A DNA stretch of 64,000 bases from Dehalococcoidia bacterium (GTDB taxonomy: Bacteria; Chloroflexota; Dehalococcoidia; UBA2979): positions 71,360 to 135,359 of the forward strand of contig DASCQM010000003.1 of NCBI GenBank assembly GCA_036013055.1, written 5' to 3'. The translations under genes were made by a program, and so were the position numbers. The notes beneath the pieces were generated by a model. It ran no database searches. It was not told the origin of the DNA and saw only the letters and a program-made list of their open reading frames with translations. Position 1 is the first letter of the stretch, and the number at the start of each line of letters is the position of its first letter. Shown in pieces: positions 28,980 to 38,536 of the stretch.

Positions 28980-30995
28980 TCAGCGTCCGGGTGCGGTCGG
29001 GTCCGGATCCACGTCGAACGCGAAGATTCCGTCGCCGGTCAGCACCAGCACTTCGGTGCCATCGGCGGAGAGGGTGAGCCCACGCAGGTCGAAGAAGCGA
29101 GGGTGGCGGTACTGGGCCACGAAGTCGCCGCTGCGAGCGGAGACCACGACTCGCTGCCCGCCGCGATCGGCGATGTAGACGCGCCCGTTCGCAGTACTGA
29201 CGGCGACGGCGGCAGATGACGCCGGTGGGGCATCGAGCCCGCGCAACAGCGCACGCTGCTCGACGCCGAGCTGGAAGCGACGCACCCCTCCGGACTCGCC
29301 GAGCAGGAAGATATCGCTGTCCACGGCGATCGCGCTCGCGTCGTCGATCGCGATGCCGCCGAGCAGGCCGCCGCGCTCCGAGTCGTAGCCGTCGCCAGCG
29401 GGGAGGTAGCGCCAGACCTCGCCGCCCTCCGCATCCAGCAGATAGAGGTTTCCCGAGTAGGCGGCGATCGCCTGTACGGAGGGGACGTCGGCAACCCCGC
29501 GCACCGGCAGCACGCGAGGCAGACCCTCGCTACCGTCGTCGCTCGTATCGTCGGCATCTTCGGGCAGTGAGATCGCGAAGAGCGTGCGCCGGGCATCGAA
29601 TGTCAGCAGCCGCTCACCGGCCGCATCCCACGCGATCGCCAGCGGCTGCCCGGCCACCGCTCCTCCGTACCGCTGACCGCTGCGGTAGACCTCCACCGCC
29701 GACTGCGCCGGCCCGCCGTCCTGCGGAAGATCGATGCGGAAGACGCGCCCCCCGCCCTCGTCGAGCAGCCACAGCGCGGAACGGCCCGCGACCAGGCCTC
29801 GCGGATTCGCCGGGGCCGTCAGTTGCCCCTGCAGATCGAGTATCTCGCGCAGGTCTTCGACTTCGACAACGGCGTCGAGCGTGACGAGCACGGATGCCGC
29901 GCGCGCATCCAGCAGCAGTAACTGCGTGTCGTCCGGCGAGATCGAGCGCGCGCTGGCGATCGCGGTCAGCGCCGACTCAAGCAGCGCGCGACGTTCGACC
30001 GCATCCTCGCTCTCGCTCACCGCATCGAGACTCTCGGTCGCCGTCGTCAGCGCCTCAGCGAGACGGGCTTCGCGGTCCTCGGCGAGCAGCGGCGGCAGTG
30101 CGAAGCGGACGACGGCGACCAGCAGCAGCAGCGCAAGCGCGGCGGCACCGATCGCGCGCCACGGCAACCGCACGGAGGTGCCGCTGCCCGCCACGCGCGC
30201 ACGCCGCAGCGCGGGCAGCTCGACGCGCGAGCGCGGCGCTCCGCCGTCGTCACTGCCGTCTCCGTCCACCAGCGTCTCGATGCTCGACCCGCGTGGTGGC
30301 TCCTCAAGCGAGACCGCACTGACCTCGACGGGTGCCGGCGGCATCGCCTCGGCACCCTCGATTTCGGCGACCAGCACCGCGGTCATGTCGCTGATCTCGC
30401 GCGTCTGCATGAACAGCTCGGCGAGCGAGCGCTCCGGCCCGCTCGCCAGCGTGCTCGCGATTTCGGCAGGGGGGACGACCGACTCGACCTCGCTGCTCAC
30501 GAGCAGCAGTTGATGGTTCTCCAGCGAGACAGAGCGGAAGACCGGCTCAACGGGTTCGCTCCCTCCGAGCGGCAAAGCGCTCGGCTCCCCATTCGTCGTC
30601 AGTCGTTGATAGCCGTCGGGTCCCCACAGGTAGACGGAGCCCGGCCCGACCTGCGCGATCGTGGCCTCCTGCTCGCGGATCACGACGCAGGTGACGCCCA
30701 TCGATACCTGGTGCTCGCGTAGCGACCGACGATTCCACTCGGCGAGGTTGCCGTGCGCCTGCTCCAGCGCGCGCAGCAGGCCGCCGGTGATCGAGAGTAT
30801 CTCTCGGGCAAAGAGCTCGGCCACGGCACTCGCGACCTCGTGGCAGAACTCACCTGAGCGCTCGTCGACCGGTTCCGTCAGCACCAGCAACCGGGCGTCG
30901 GCATCACCATCGGCGCGCCCGCGCTCGGCAAGCCAGGGGCCGTGCTCCTGCACCTGCCCGTCGGCGATCGCATAGCGTCCGACCCAGATACCCAT
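28980..30995 (-). CDS. membrane protein: degenerate PP2C/SpoIIE-like N-domain, one TM helix, C-terminal beta-propeller-like region
   Basis: The N-domain resembles PPM phosphatases (GVTCVVIREQEATIAQVGPGSVYLW....LLLVSSEV), but the GDSR Asp is replaced by GPGS. The TM helix is WRAIGAAALALLLLVAVVRFAL. The C-terminal half has repeated (V/I)Y(L/I)(L/A)D..GG.V(F/W)R strands. Confidence 0.65.
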   Translation of the reverse strand: MGIWVGRYAIADGQVQEHGPWLAERGRADGDADARLLVLTEPVDERSGEFCHEVASAVAELFAREILSITGGLLRALEQAHGNLAEWNRRSLREHQVSMGVTCVVIREQEATIAQVGPGSVYLWGPDGYQRLTTNGEPSALPLGGSEPVEPVFRSVSLENHQLLLVSSEVESVVPPAEIASTLASGPERSLAELFMQTREISDMTAVLVAEIEGAEAMPPAPVEVSAVSLEEPPRGSSIETLVDGDGSDDGGAPRSRVELPALRRARVAGSGTSVRLPWRAIGAAALALLLLVAVVRFALPPLLAEDREARLAEALTTATESLDAVSESEDAVERRALLESALTAIASARSISPDDTQLLLLDARAASVLVTLDAVVEVEDLREILDLQGQLTAPANPRGLVAGRSALWLLDEGGGRVFRIDLPQDGGPAQSAVEVYRSGQRYGGAVAGQPLAIAWDAAGERLLTFDARRTLFAISLPEDADDTSDDGSEGLPRVLPVRGVADVPSVQAIAAYSGNLYLLDAEGGEVWRYLPAGDGYDSERGGLLGGIAIDDASAIAVDSDIFLLGESGGVRRFQLGVEQRALLRGLDAPPASSAAVAVSTANGRVYIADRGGQRVVVSARSGDFVAQYRHPRFFDLRGLTLSADGTEVLVLTGDGIFAFDVDPDPTAPGR

Positions 30996-31136
30996 TCAGG
31001 CGCTCACCAGCGGGGAGGTGTGCGAGACAACGGACGCGCGAGCGGCGGGTACCGCACGCGACGGCGCAATGATAGCGCTATCGCGAATCAGCGGCTCACG
31101 GGAGTTCAACGTCGAACGAGCGGTCGACCGGGACGA

Positions 31137-31766
31137 TCAGGCAGTCGCGACTTCTGGCTGAAGGCGGTATGTGCAGAGGTTGTCGCCGCGCACGCGGCAT
31201 TCGATGAGACGCGCATCCATCTGCGTTAACTCGCGGACGTAGGCGATGTCGATCGCGCAGACGGATGAGTTCTGACGCGCGACCTCGGGGTACGGGCAGG
31301 TGCGCTCGTGCAGCAGGAACGCGCCTCCGCCCTCTTCCCAGTCGGCAACGATGTGCTGATCGCGGAGCACCGCGCACGCCTCGCCCACGCGCTCAAGCGG
31401 CGTGGTTGCCGTCTCCAGGCGCTGGACGTGCGGCGCGGCCATGCGAGTCGCCACGCCTCGGATCACCTGCTGGAAGCCCTCGGCCCCATACGAGGCGCGG
31501 ACCTCGTCGAGCAGGACGTTTGATAGCAGGTCATATACGAGCGGATAGCTTGCTTCGCCGGCGGCCGTGAGCGAATAGACGAGCGCGGGACGGCCAACCT
31601 TGCCGCGCTCCTCGCGGCTCTCGATCAGGCCGCCCTGCTCAAGGATCGTGAGATGCTGACGCACGCCGGTCGCCGTCAGTCCGAGAATCTCTCCGAGATT
31701 ACGGACTGTCGCGTCAGGATTGACGCGAAGGTAATCAAGAATCTGCTGTCGAGTTTCCTGCATCAT
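31137..31766 (-). CDS. ArsR/DeoR-type wHTH regulator with C-terminal Cys cluster (SufR-like)
   Basis: The N-terminal wHTH is RQQILDYLRVNPDATVRNLGEILGLTATGVRQHLTILEQGGLI. The C-terminus CPYPEVARQNSSVC...C.......C contains a C-X12-C spacing reminiscent of SufR. Confidence 0.7.
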   Translation of the reverse strand: MMQETRQQILDYLRVNPDATVRNLGEILGLTATGVRQHLTILEQGGLIESREERGKVGRPALVYSLTAAGEASYPLVYDLLSNVLLDEVRASYGAEGFQQVIRGVATRMAAPHVQRLETATTPLERVGEACAVLRDQHIVADWEEGGGAFLLHERTCPYPEVARQNSSVCAIDIAYVRELTQMDARLIECRVRGDNLCTYRLQPEVATA

Positions 31767-31863
31767 CGCTTCGACTATACATGGATTGGCGTTGAACGGA
31801 ATCTGTCAGATTGCTGATCTCAGATACGACGGACTAGCATCGTAGAAAGTTCGGAGGTTCACA

Positions 31864-32250
31864 TTGGCAGATGACCCACTGCTCCATCGCGCACACGCTG
31901 ACCTGATCGCCGAGCGTGCGGCCGGTCAGTTGCGCGAGTTGCTGACTACGCTGACGAGCGAAATCGACCCGTTTCCGCCGTTTCCCGGCGCGCTCTTCAC
32001 GTACGGCATCGAGGTGGAGCCCCCCACCGACGGCGGTGATGGCCATGGTTGCGTGATCCTAGCCGACGACGGCGGCATCTACGAGCTGCAGGTCGGCCTC
32101 GATGTCGATCAAGCCGACACCGGCTCGGCGGTCGCGATGACGGAAGAGAACCGCGTCAGCCTCGACGATCTGCCGCCGGCCGAGTTCATCGGCTACGCGC
32201 ACCGCGCGGTCAGCGCGGCTGTCGAGTACCTGCTCGCGCAGCAGCAGTAG
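31864..32250 (+). CDS. hypothetical acidic protein
   Basis: TTG start with GGAGG 6 nt upstream. 128 aa. No recognised motif. Confidence 0.5.
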   Translation: MADDPLLHRAHADLIAERAAGQLRELLTTLTSEIDPFPPFPGALFTYGIEVEPPTDGGDGHGCVILADDGGIYELQVGLDVDQADTGSAVAMTEENRVSLDDLPPAEFIGYAHRAVSAAVEYLLAQQQ

Positions 32251-32297
32251 CGGAGCGCCTTTCACGGCGCGCGACCCTGCTAGCGGAGCACGACCTG

Positions 32298-32890
32298 CTA
32301 CTCGCGGAGCGCGATCCCTTGCGCGACGTCGGCGGGGACACCACCCGCGACCCACGTCTCCTCGTGCGCTGAGAACTCTTCGCCGATCTTGAAGATGATC
32401 GTGTCGCCGTTGCGCACGCCACAGATCGAATCGCCGGCGATGCGCACGATCCAGAACCCGCCGTCATCGACCGTTGAGCGCTCACAGACGATGTCCTCAC
32501 AACCGGGCCGCGTGCTGTTGAAGGTCGTGACGACTGCCCCCTCGGCCAGTTCGAAGCCGTAGTAGATCGCCGGTGGCGCGGAGGGGCCAGGCGAGCATCC
32601 GGGTACGGCCGTCCGCGTTGCGGTCGCCACAACGACGACGGCGGGCGTGGGCGTGGCGGCCAGCGTACTGGTCGGAGCGGCCGCCGGGGCATCCGAGGAG
32701 GGCCGGATCAGCGACCCGCGGGCGTCGCGGTCGGCTCGGGCGTCGCTGACTCGACGGTCGCCGTCGCTGACGTACCGCCGGTAACTCCGCTGGCGGTGGC
32801 ATCGTCATCCGCGTCGCCGCCACCACACGCGATCAAGGCGGCGGCGAGGGTCGCGACGATCCACTGTCGAGGGTGCCCGATTCGAATCAA
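32298..32890 (-). pseudogene. lipoprotein gene split by an apparent -1 frameshift
   Basis: ORF 32708..32890 encodes only a leader, lipobox (ATLAAALIACGG) and Thr/Pro/Ala linker. The frame of ORF 32298..32630 is open upstream to 32804, continues the same type of linker (PSSDAPAAAPTSTLAATPTPAVVVVATATRT), and then encodes a ~90-aa Cys-containing domain. Confidence 0.5.
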
Positions 32891-32935
32891 GAGTGCTCCG
32901 CAGCCAGGCCGTGTCGAGAACAGTCTCGCCGTTCG

Positions 32936-33454
32936 TTACTCCGCGCGAAAGTCACCGGATTTGCCGCCGGACTTCGCGACGAGCCGCACCGCCTCGATAT
33001 GCATCGTGCGCTCGACCGCCTTACACATGTCGTAGACGGTCAGCGCCGCCACACTGACGGCTGTCAGCGCCTCCATCTCGACGCCAGTCTGAGCGGTCGT
33101 GCGTACGGTCGCCTCGATCACGATCGCGGGGCTGGCGTGGTCCGGATCGAGCAGAAGTTCGACGGCACTGAGCGGGAGCGGGTGACAGAGCGGAATCAGG
33201 TCCGGCGTGCGCTTGGCAGCCATCACACCGGCCACGCGCGCCACCGCCAGGACATCGCCCTTCGGGATCTGCCCATCGACGATCAGACGCAGCGTCTCGG
33301 GCTGCATCTCGATGCGTCCTCGTGCCGTCGCCTCGCGCACCGTCGTGTCCTTGGCGGAGACATCAACCATGCGCGCGCGCCCCTGCTCGTCGAGGTGGCT
33401 CAGTCCCGCGTCTCCCGCGGTCGCGGATGGGGTCTGCTCGCTGCTCACGCTCAC
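32936..33454 (-). CDS. moaC: cyclic pyranopterin monophosphate synthase MoaC
   Basis: [32 protein letters not shown], and [11 protein letters not shown] motifs. Confidence 0.9.
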   Translation of the reverse strand: MSVSSEQTPSATAGDAGLSHLDEQGRARMVDVSAKDTTVREATARGRIEMQPETLRLIVDGQIPKGDVLAVARVAGVMAAKRTPDLIPLCHPLPLSAVELLLDPDHASPAIVIEATVRTTAQTGVEMEALTAVSVAALTVYDMCKAVERTMHIEAVRLVAKSGGKSGDFRAE

Positions 33455-33473
33455 CGTCGATCTCCGCCCGAGC

Positions 33474-34517
33474 CTATCCGCCGATGTATGACATCTCGAT
33501 GCGAGGCAGGTCGCCGCTCGCGCTGGATCGCAGCTCCGAGTAGCGGTCCTCGCGCTCCGCCCAGACGCCGCGAATCAGATCCGCGAGCGCGCCATCATCG
33601 ATGCCTTCGCGCAGCGCGGCGCGCAGGTCGATGCCCTGGATCGCGAAGAGGCAGGTGTAGAGGCGGCCGTCCGCCGAAATACGGGCGCGGGTGCATGTCG
33701 CGCAGAACGGCTCGGTGACCGACGTGATCAGGCCGATCTCGCCCTCGCCGTCGGCGTACGCCCAGCGCTTCGCCACCTCGCCGTCGTAGTTCGGCTCAAG
33801 CGGCACCAGTGGCAGTTCGGCGTTGATACGCTCAATCAGGTCGGCCGAGGTCACGACCTCGCCGAGGTTCCAGCCGTTGGTCGTGCCGACGTCCATGAAC
33901 TCGATGAAACGAACGATGTGGCCCGTGCCCTTGAAGTGCCGTGCCAGATCGACCAGCGTGTGGTCGTTCACACCGCGACGGACGACGGCGTTGATCTTCA
34001 CGGGGCCGAGCCCCGCCGCGGTCGCCGCCTCGATGCCCTCGAGCACGCGCGTGACCGGGATCTCGGCGTCATTCATCGCACGGAAGACGCCGTCGTCGAG
34101 CGAGTCGAGGCTGACGGTGATGCGATCGAGGCCAGCCTCCGCCAGCGCGTCCGCTTGCGCGGCGAGCAGCGACGCATTCGTCGTCAGCGCGAGGTCAACG
34201 CCATCGCCATCACCCTCGATGGCGGAAAGCATCGCGATCAGCTTCGGCAGGTCGGCGCGCAGTAGCGGCTCGCCGCCGGTCAGCCGGAACTTCTGCACGC
34301 CGAGGTCGGCAAAGACACTGGCGGTGCGAGCGATCTCCTCGAAGCTGAGAATCTCGTCGCGGGGCAGAAACGTGAAGTCAGAACCAAAGACCTCGCGCGG
34401 CATGCAGTAGCGGCAGCGGAAGTTGCAGCGGTCGGTGACGGAGATGCGCAAGTCCTGCAGCGGCCGCTGGAAGCGGTCGAGCAGCGGCAGATCGGCAGGC
34501 GAATCGGGCGCGGTCAT
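33474..34517 (-). CDS. moaA: GTP 3',8-cyclase MoaA (radical SAM)
   Basis: [18 protein letters not shown] is the radical-SAM CxxxCxxC motif. The C-terminal second cluster is C..C.R.R...DG.L..CLF. Confidence 0.92.
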   Translation of the reverse strand: MTAPDSPADLPLLDRFQRPLQDLRISVTDRCNFRCRYCMPREVFGSDFTFLPRDEILSFEEIARTASVFADLGVQKFRLTGGEPLLRADLPKLIAMLSAIEGDGDGVDLALTTNASLLAAQADALAEAGLDRITVSLDSLDDGVFRAMNDAEIPVTRVLEGIEAATAAGLGPVKINAVVRRGVNDHTLVDLARHFKGTGHIVRFIEFMDVGTTNGWNLGEVVTSADLIERINAELPLVPLEPNYDGEVAKRWAYADGEGEIGLITSVTEPFCATCTRARISADGRLYTCLFAIQGIDLRAALREGIDDGALADLIRGVWAEREDRYSELRSSASGDLPRIEMSYIGG

Positions 34518-35128
34518 GCGAGTTCCTTCAGCACCTTGATCATCGCACGAATTGCCAGCGCCCGGTGGCTAAACGCTGACTTCTCGTCGCCAATCTGCGC
34601 CATGGTGCGCCCGTCCGGCAGCTCGAACACCGGATCGTAGCCAAACCCGTTCGCGCCGCGCGGCTCAGCCGCGATCCGCCCCTCGACGGTGCCCTCGCGC
34701 GAAACCGTCGCGCCCCCCGGCAGCGCGAGCACGATCGACGCCCGGAAGCGTGCCGCCCGACGCCCAGCCGGCACGTCGCGCAGCTCGTCGAGCAGCAACC
34801 CGCAGCGCTGGTGGTCGTCGCTCGCCCGCCGTCCGCCGTAGCGCGCCGAGAAGACGCCGGGACGACCATCGAGGGCATCGACCTCCAGCCCGGAGTCGTC
34901 CGCAAGCGCGGGGAGCCGGGCGGCGCGAGAGAACGCGATCGCCTTCAGCGTGGCGTTCTCAAGGTAGGAGCGCCCGCCCTCGATCACGTCGGGCGCGGAG
35001 AGCGCGATGTCGGCTGGGGCCAGCACCTCCCAGCCGCAACCATCAAGCAGCTCGCGCAGCTCGCGCACCTTGCCGGCGTTGCCCGTCGCGAGCACGAGCC
35101 GCCTGGGAGCGGACTGACTGGTCGCCAC
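34514..35128 (-). CDS. rdgB: XTP/dITP diphosphatase (RdgB/HAM1 family)
   Basis: LVLATGNAGKVREL, DDSGLEVDAL.G.PG..SARY, GFGYDP.F, and FSHR motifs. Confidence 0.88.
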   Translation of the reverse strand: MATSQSAPRRLVLATGNAGKVRELRELLDGCGWEVLAPADIALSAPDVIEGGRSYLENATLKAIAFSRAARLPALADDSGLEVDALDGRPGVFSARYGGRRASDDHQRCGLLLDELRDVPAGRRAARFRASIVLALPGGATVSREGTVEGRIAAEPRGANGFGYDPVFELPDGRTMAQIGDEKSAFSHRALAIRAMIKVLKELA

Positions 35129-35135
35129 AGGAACG

Positions 35136-36230
35136 CTAGCGCAGCTCGACCCAGCGGGGGTCCAGCTTCTCGGCGACGGACGGCATCGTCATGAACTCCA
35201 TCTCGTCGAGCGGCAGACGGTGGGGCTCAAAGGGGCCGTGCTTACGCAGGTAGTCCGTGACCGTGTTCGCCTCCGCACGTGCGTTGTCGAAGGACGGGTC
35301 GTCGAAGAGGTCGCGCGGACCGACGAGCTTGCCTTCGGCGAGCTGGAAGCCGAGTGCCACCACCCGAGGCGGCCCGTCGAAACGGCCGGCCTGCGCGTTC
35401 GCAGTCGCTACCGGCATCAGCGGACCGGTGTGGGAGCCGCGCATGAAGCCCTCGACGGTCCACGCGGTCGTGAACGGCTCCAGCGCCTCGCCAACGGCCG
35501 GGAAGTCGCCCTGGCAGCGCACGATCAGCGCCGGGTCGTCGCTGCCGACGTAACGCCCTGCCGCCGCCGCGAGCTTGTCCGTCGACGCGACGGCGACGAC
35601 ATCGCCACCACGACTGACGACGCGCTTCACCACGTAGCGTGAGGAAGCACCGATGAAGACCAGCAGGTCGTAGAGCTCTTCCGGCACGCCGAGCATGATC
35701 TTTCGCTGCGCCTTGACGTCGTGCACCTCGAACGCGAATCCCGCGTGCATCGACTCGGCCATCACGAGACCGGGCGTGTTGAAGGGGTCGGCGAAGGTCT
35801 TGTAGAGCGGGATGTTGAACGCACCGGTCGATGTCTCGCTGGCGAGAAAGACGATTACCGGCTCGGACGTCCGCTCCTCGAATTGCAGCTCGGCGGAGAC
35901 CGGGCCCGCCCCGGTGATGCTGCCCGGGAAGGTGTCGACAAGCAGATCCTGTCCCGCGCCGTAGAGCTTCAACTGCCGGGCGACGGCGGTGCCCTCGACG
36001 AAGGTGTCCCAGGCGAAGCGGTGGACGGTCTCGGCGTCCTCGCCGTGCTCGTGCGAGACGATCAGCACGAGGTCTTCGCCGCAGTGCGTGACGAGCCCAT
36101 CGATCAGCAGCCCGGCCTGCACGGAGCGCTCGACCGCCTCCGAAGCGATGGCGAGCAGGTCCGGATGCACGGCCGATTGGCCGACGAATCCGCCGACGGC
36201 AGCCTTGATCACGCTCAGTGTCTGCGGCAT
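35136..36230 (-). CDS. fbp: fructose-1,6-bisphosphate aldolase/phosphatase (class V, archaeal type)
   Basis: The N-terminus TLSVIKAAVGGFVGQSAVHP matches the T(L/I)SVIKADIGS.(G/P)GH start of class V FBPase. About 364 aa. GPLMPV and DDP.FD regions are present. Confidence 0.8.
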   Translation of the reverse strand: MPQTLSVIKAAVGGFVGQSAVHPDLLAIASEAVERSVQAGLLIDGLVTHCGEDLVLIVSHEHGEDAETVHRFAWDTFVEGTAVARQLKLYGAGQDLLVDTFPGSITGAGPVSAELQFEERTSEPVIVFLASETSTGAFNIPLYKTFADPFNTPGLVMAESMHAGFAFEVHDVKAQRKIMLGVPEELYDLLVFIGASSRYVVKRVVSRGGDVVAVASTDKLAAAAGRYVGSDDPALIVRCQGDFPAVGEALEPFTTAWTVEGFMRGSHTGPLMPVATANAQAGRFDGPPRVVALGFQLAEGKLVGPRDLFDDPSFDNARAEANTVTDYLRKHGPFEPHRLPLDEMEFMTMPSVAEKLDPRWVELR

Positions 36231-36341
36231 GGCATTCCTCGCGATGTGCTCGCAGATACGGGCGCAAGCTGACGGCGCGGATCGTAGCGACGGCGGACGA
36301 GGGCGGTCAAACCGTCACGCGTGCCGCCACCATCGTCGCGG

Positions 36342-37094
36342 CTACGCCTGCGCGGCGAGCGGACCGAGCCGCGTCTCCAGTTCCGTGATCGCCTGCTCGG
36401 CGATTCCCCTCGTCTTCGACTGCAGGTCCCACTCAAGGTGCGCCGAGTTGTCGAAGAACTGGCGCAGGGCGACCAGCGTCTCGCGATCGCGCTGATGCTG
36501 GTGGTCTCCATCGACCGCGCGGAAGCCCTGTAGCTTCCGTCGTCCCTCGCGGCCACCCTCGGAGGTGTACCAGTCGCGGATCGCCACGCCGCAGCCGGTC
36601 GCGGCGAGCGTCTCACCGAGCGGCGTCGCGCGCGGCGGTGCGCCGGCGGCAAGCGCGCGAGCGGTCATCGAGCGCGCGGAGGAGTCGTACTCGACCATCA
36701 GATGGCCGCCGACAGGAACGAGTTGTGCGAGGTGGCCGAAGACGACCCGCTCGACGGACTCGGGCACGGTCACTTCCTGCCCGCTATCCATCGGCAGCAC
36801 CTCCCGGTAGTCGATCACCTCAACCCAGTTGTGCCCCGCGACCGGGCCGGTGTTCACGATGCCGAGCAGCAGCGCGTCGTTGCTGTGCCCCAGCTCCTTG
36901 CTCTCGAGGAAGAGCCGGAAGTAGTGCGCCCCGACGGCGTTCGACGGCCCGAGCCACGCCTCGATGCTGATGTCGACGCCAACGGCTGCGCCATCCCAGC
37001 GCGCCGCCGGGTGAGCGGGCAGCTCGCCGAGGCGACGCCAGCGAGGGTCGGGCGAACCGTCCGATGTGCCATTCGATGTCCCGCTCGATGTCAT
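36342..37094 (-). CDS. conserved hypothetical protein
   Basis: 250-aa ORF with good GC3 bias and no competing real ORF. No family recognised with confidence. Confidence 0.55.
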   Translation of the reverse strand: MTSSGTSNGTSDGSPDPRWRRLGELPAHPAARWDGAAVGVDISIEAWLGPSNAVGAHYFRLFLESKELGHSNDALLLGIVNTGPVAGHNWVEVIDYREVLPMDSGQEVTVPESVERVVFGHLAQLVPVGGHLMVEYDSSARSMTARALAAGAPPRATPLGETLAATGCGVAIRDWYTSEGGREGRRKLQGFRAVDGDHQHQRDRETLVALRQFFDNSAHLEWDLQSKTRGIAEQAITELETRLGPLAAQA

Positions 37095-37148
37095 GACAAG
37101 AACGTATCAGGTCGCGCGCTCCGCAGGCACGCTGGATACACTGCCCGC

Positions 37149-38498
37149 ATGACGAGCGACAGCGATCTCCAGGCGTACATCGGTGCCGTTCGACGCCTGC
37201 TCGCGCACGGTGGGTTCGAGCGCACGGGCAACGCCGCCGAGGCGAAGAAGTGGGATGTCGACCACATCGGCGCGTTCCTCGACGCCCACGACCGGCCGGA
37301 TGCGCGCCACACCGTCCACATCGCCGGCAGCAAGGGCAAGGGCTCGACCGCGACGATGGTCGAGAGCATCCTGCGCGCCGCCGGTGCCCACACCTTGCTT
37401 GAGACCTCGCCGGACCTGCACCAGGCACGCGAACGCATCGCAATCGACGGCGAGGCGATCGACCACGCGACGTTCGCCACAGTCGCCGATCGCCTGCTCG
37501 CGGACGAAGCCAGCGCCGGCTGGTCCTATTTCGAGCTGCTGACCGTGATGGGCTGGCTTGCTGCCGCCGAAGCCGGCTGCGACTGGCAGGTGCTTGAGTG
37601 CGGGCTCGGCGGCCGGCTCGACACCACGAACGCCGTCGCCGGGAAGGCCGTTGCGACGATCATGCCGATCGACCTCGAACACACCGCCATCCTCGGCGAA
37701 ACGATCCGCGAGATCGCGGCGGAGAAGGCCGGCATCATCACCGGCCCGTGCGAGGTCGTCGTCTCGCCGATGCGCGCCTCGGCGCTCGACATGATGCGGG
37801 CGCGTGCGCATGAGGTCGGCGCGACGCTGCACGTGATCGAGGACGACTGCGCCGTCCGCGTCGCGAGCCAGAACCTCGAAGGCCAGCAGATCGACCTGAA
37901 GACGCCGCTGCGCACCTACCGAGGGCTGCGCCTGCGGCTCGTCGGCCCGCACCAGGTGCAGAACGCCGCGACCGCGGTGCGCAGCGCCGAGCTGGCGTGG
38001 GCGAGCACTGGTGAGGAGCTGCCGGAAGCCGCCGTGAAGGACGGTCTCGCGAGAGCGCAGATCGCCGGCCGCTTCGAGGTCGTGCGCCAGAAGCCGCTGA
38101 CGATCGTCGACGGCATGCACACGCCCCTCGCAGCGAAGCGATTCCGCCAGACGATCGCGAAGCTGAAGCTCCCGGCCGAGCGCGTCACCGTCGTCGGGCT
38201 CTTCGACGGCAAGGAGACGGATGACATCGCCGAGGCGCTGGTCGAGCGCGGCGAGACAGTGATCGTCGCGCCTCCGAACTCGGAACGCGCCGCCGACGTC
38301 GTCGACGTCGTGCGCGCGTTCACCGAGGCCGGGGCGAACGTGCAGCGGGCAGCGAACATCGAGGGCGCGATCGACGTCGCCAGTGCGATCGCGGGCGAGC
38401 GGGGGGTGGTCTTCGTCGTCGGCAGCCTCTACACCGTCGCCGAGGCGCGCGAGCAGTTGCTGGCCGTCGCCGGTGACCGGGCGTTTGGCCTGCGCTAG
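37149..38498 (+). CDS. folC: bifunctional folylpolyglutamate synthase/dihydrofolate synthase
   Basis: ATG 37149 within track ORF 36702..38498. HIAGSKGKGST (P-loop), ECGLGGRLDTTN, and the Mur-ligase C-domain. Confidence 0.85.
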   Translation: MTSDSDLQAYIGAVRRLLAHGGFERTGNAAEAKKWDVDHIGAFLDAHDRPDARHTVHIAGSKGKGSTATMVESILRAAGAHTLLETSPDLHQARERIAIDGEAIDHATFATVADRLLADEASAGWSYFELLTVMGWLAAAEAGCDWQVLECGLGGRLDTTNAVAGKAVATIMPIDLEHTAILGETIREIAAEKAGIITGPCEVVVSPMRASALDMMRARAHEVGATLHVIEDDCAVRVASQNLEGQQIDLKTPLRTYRGLRLRLVGPHQVQNAATAVRSAELAWASTGEELPEAAVKDGLARAQIAGRFEVVRQKPLTIVDGMHTPLAAKRFRQTIAKLKLPAERVTVVGLFDGKETDDIAEALVERGETVIVAPPNSERAADVVDVVRAFTEAGANVQRAANIEGAIDVASAIAGERGVVFVVGSLYTVAEAREQLLAVAGDRAFGLR

Positions 38499-38536
38499 TG
38501 CGATACTGGCGACCGACCGCGAGAGATTGGGCATAG

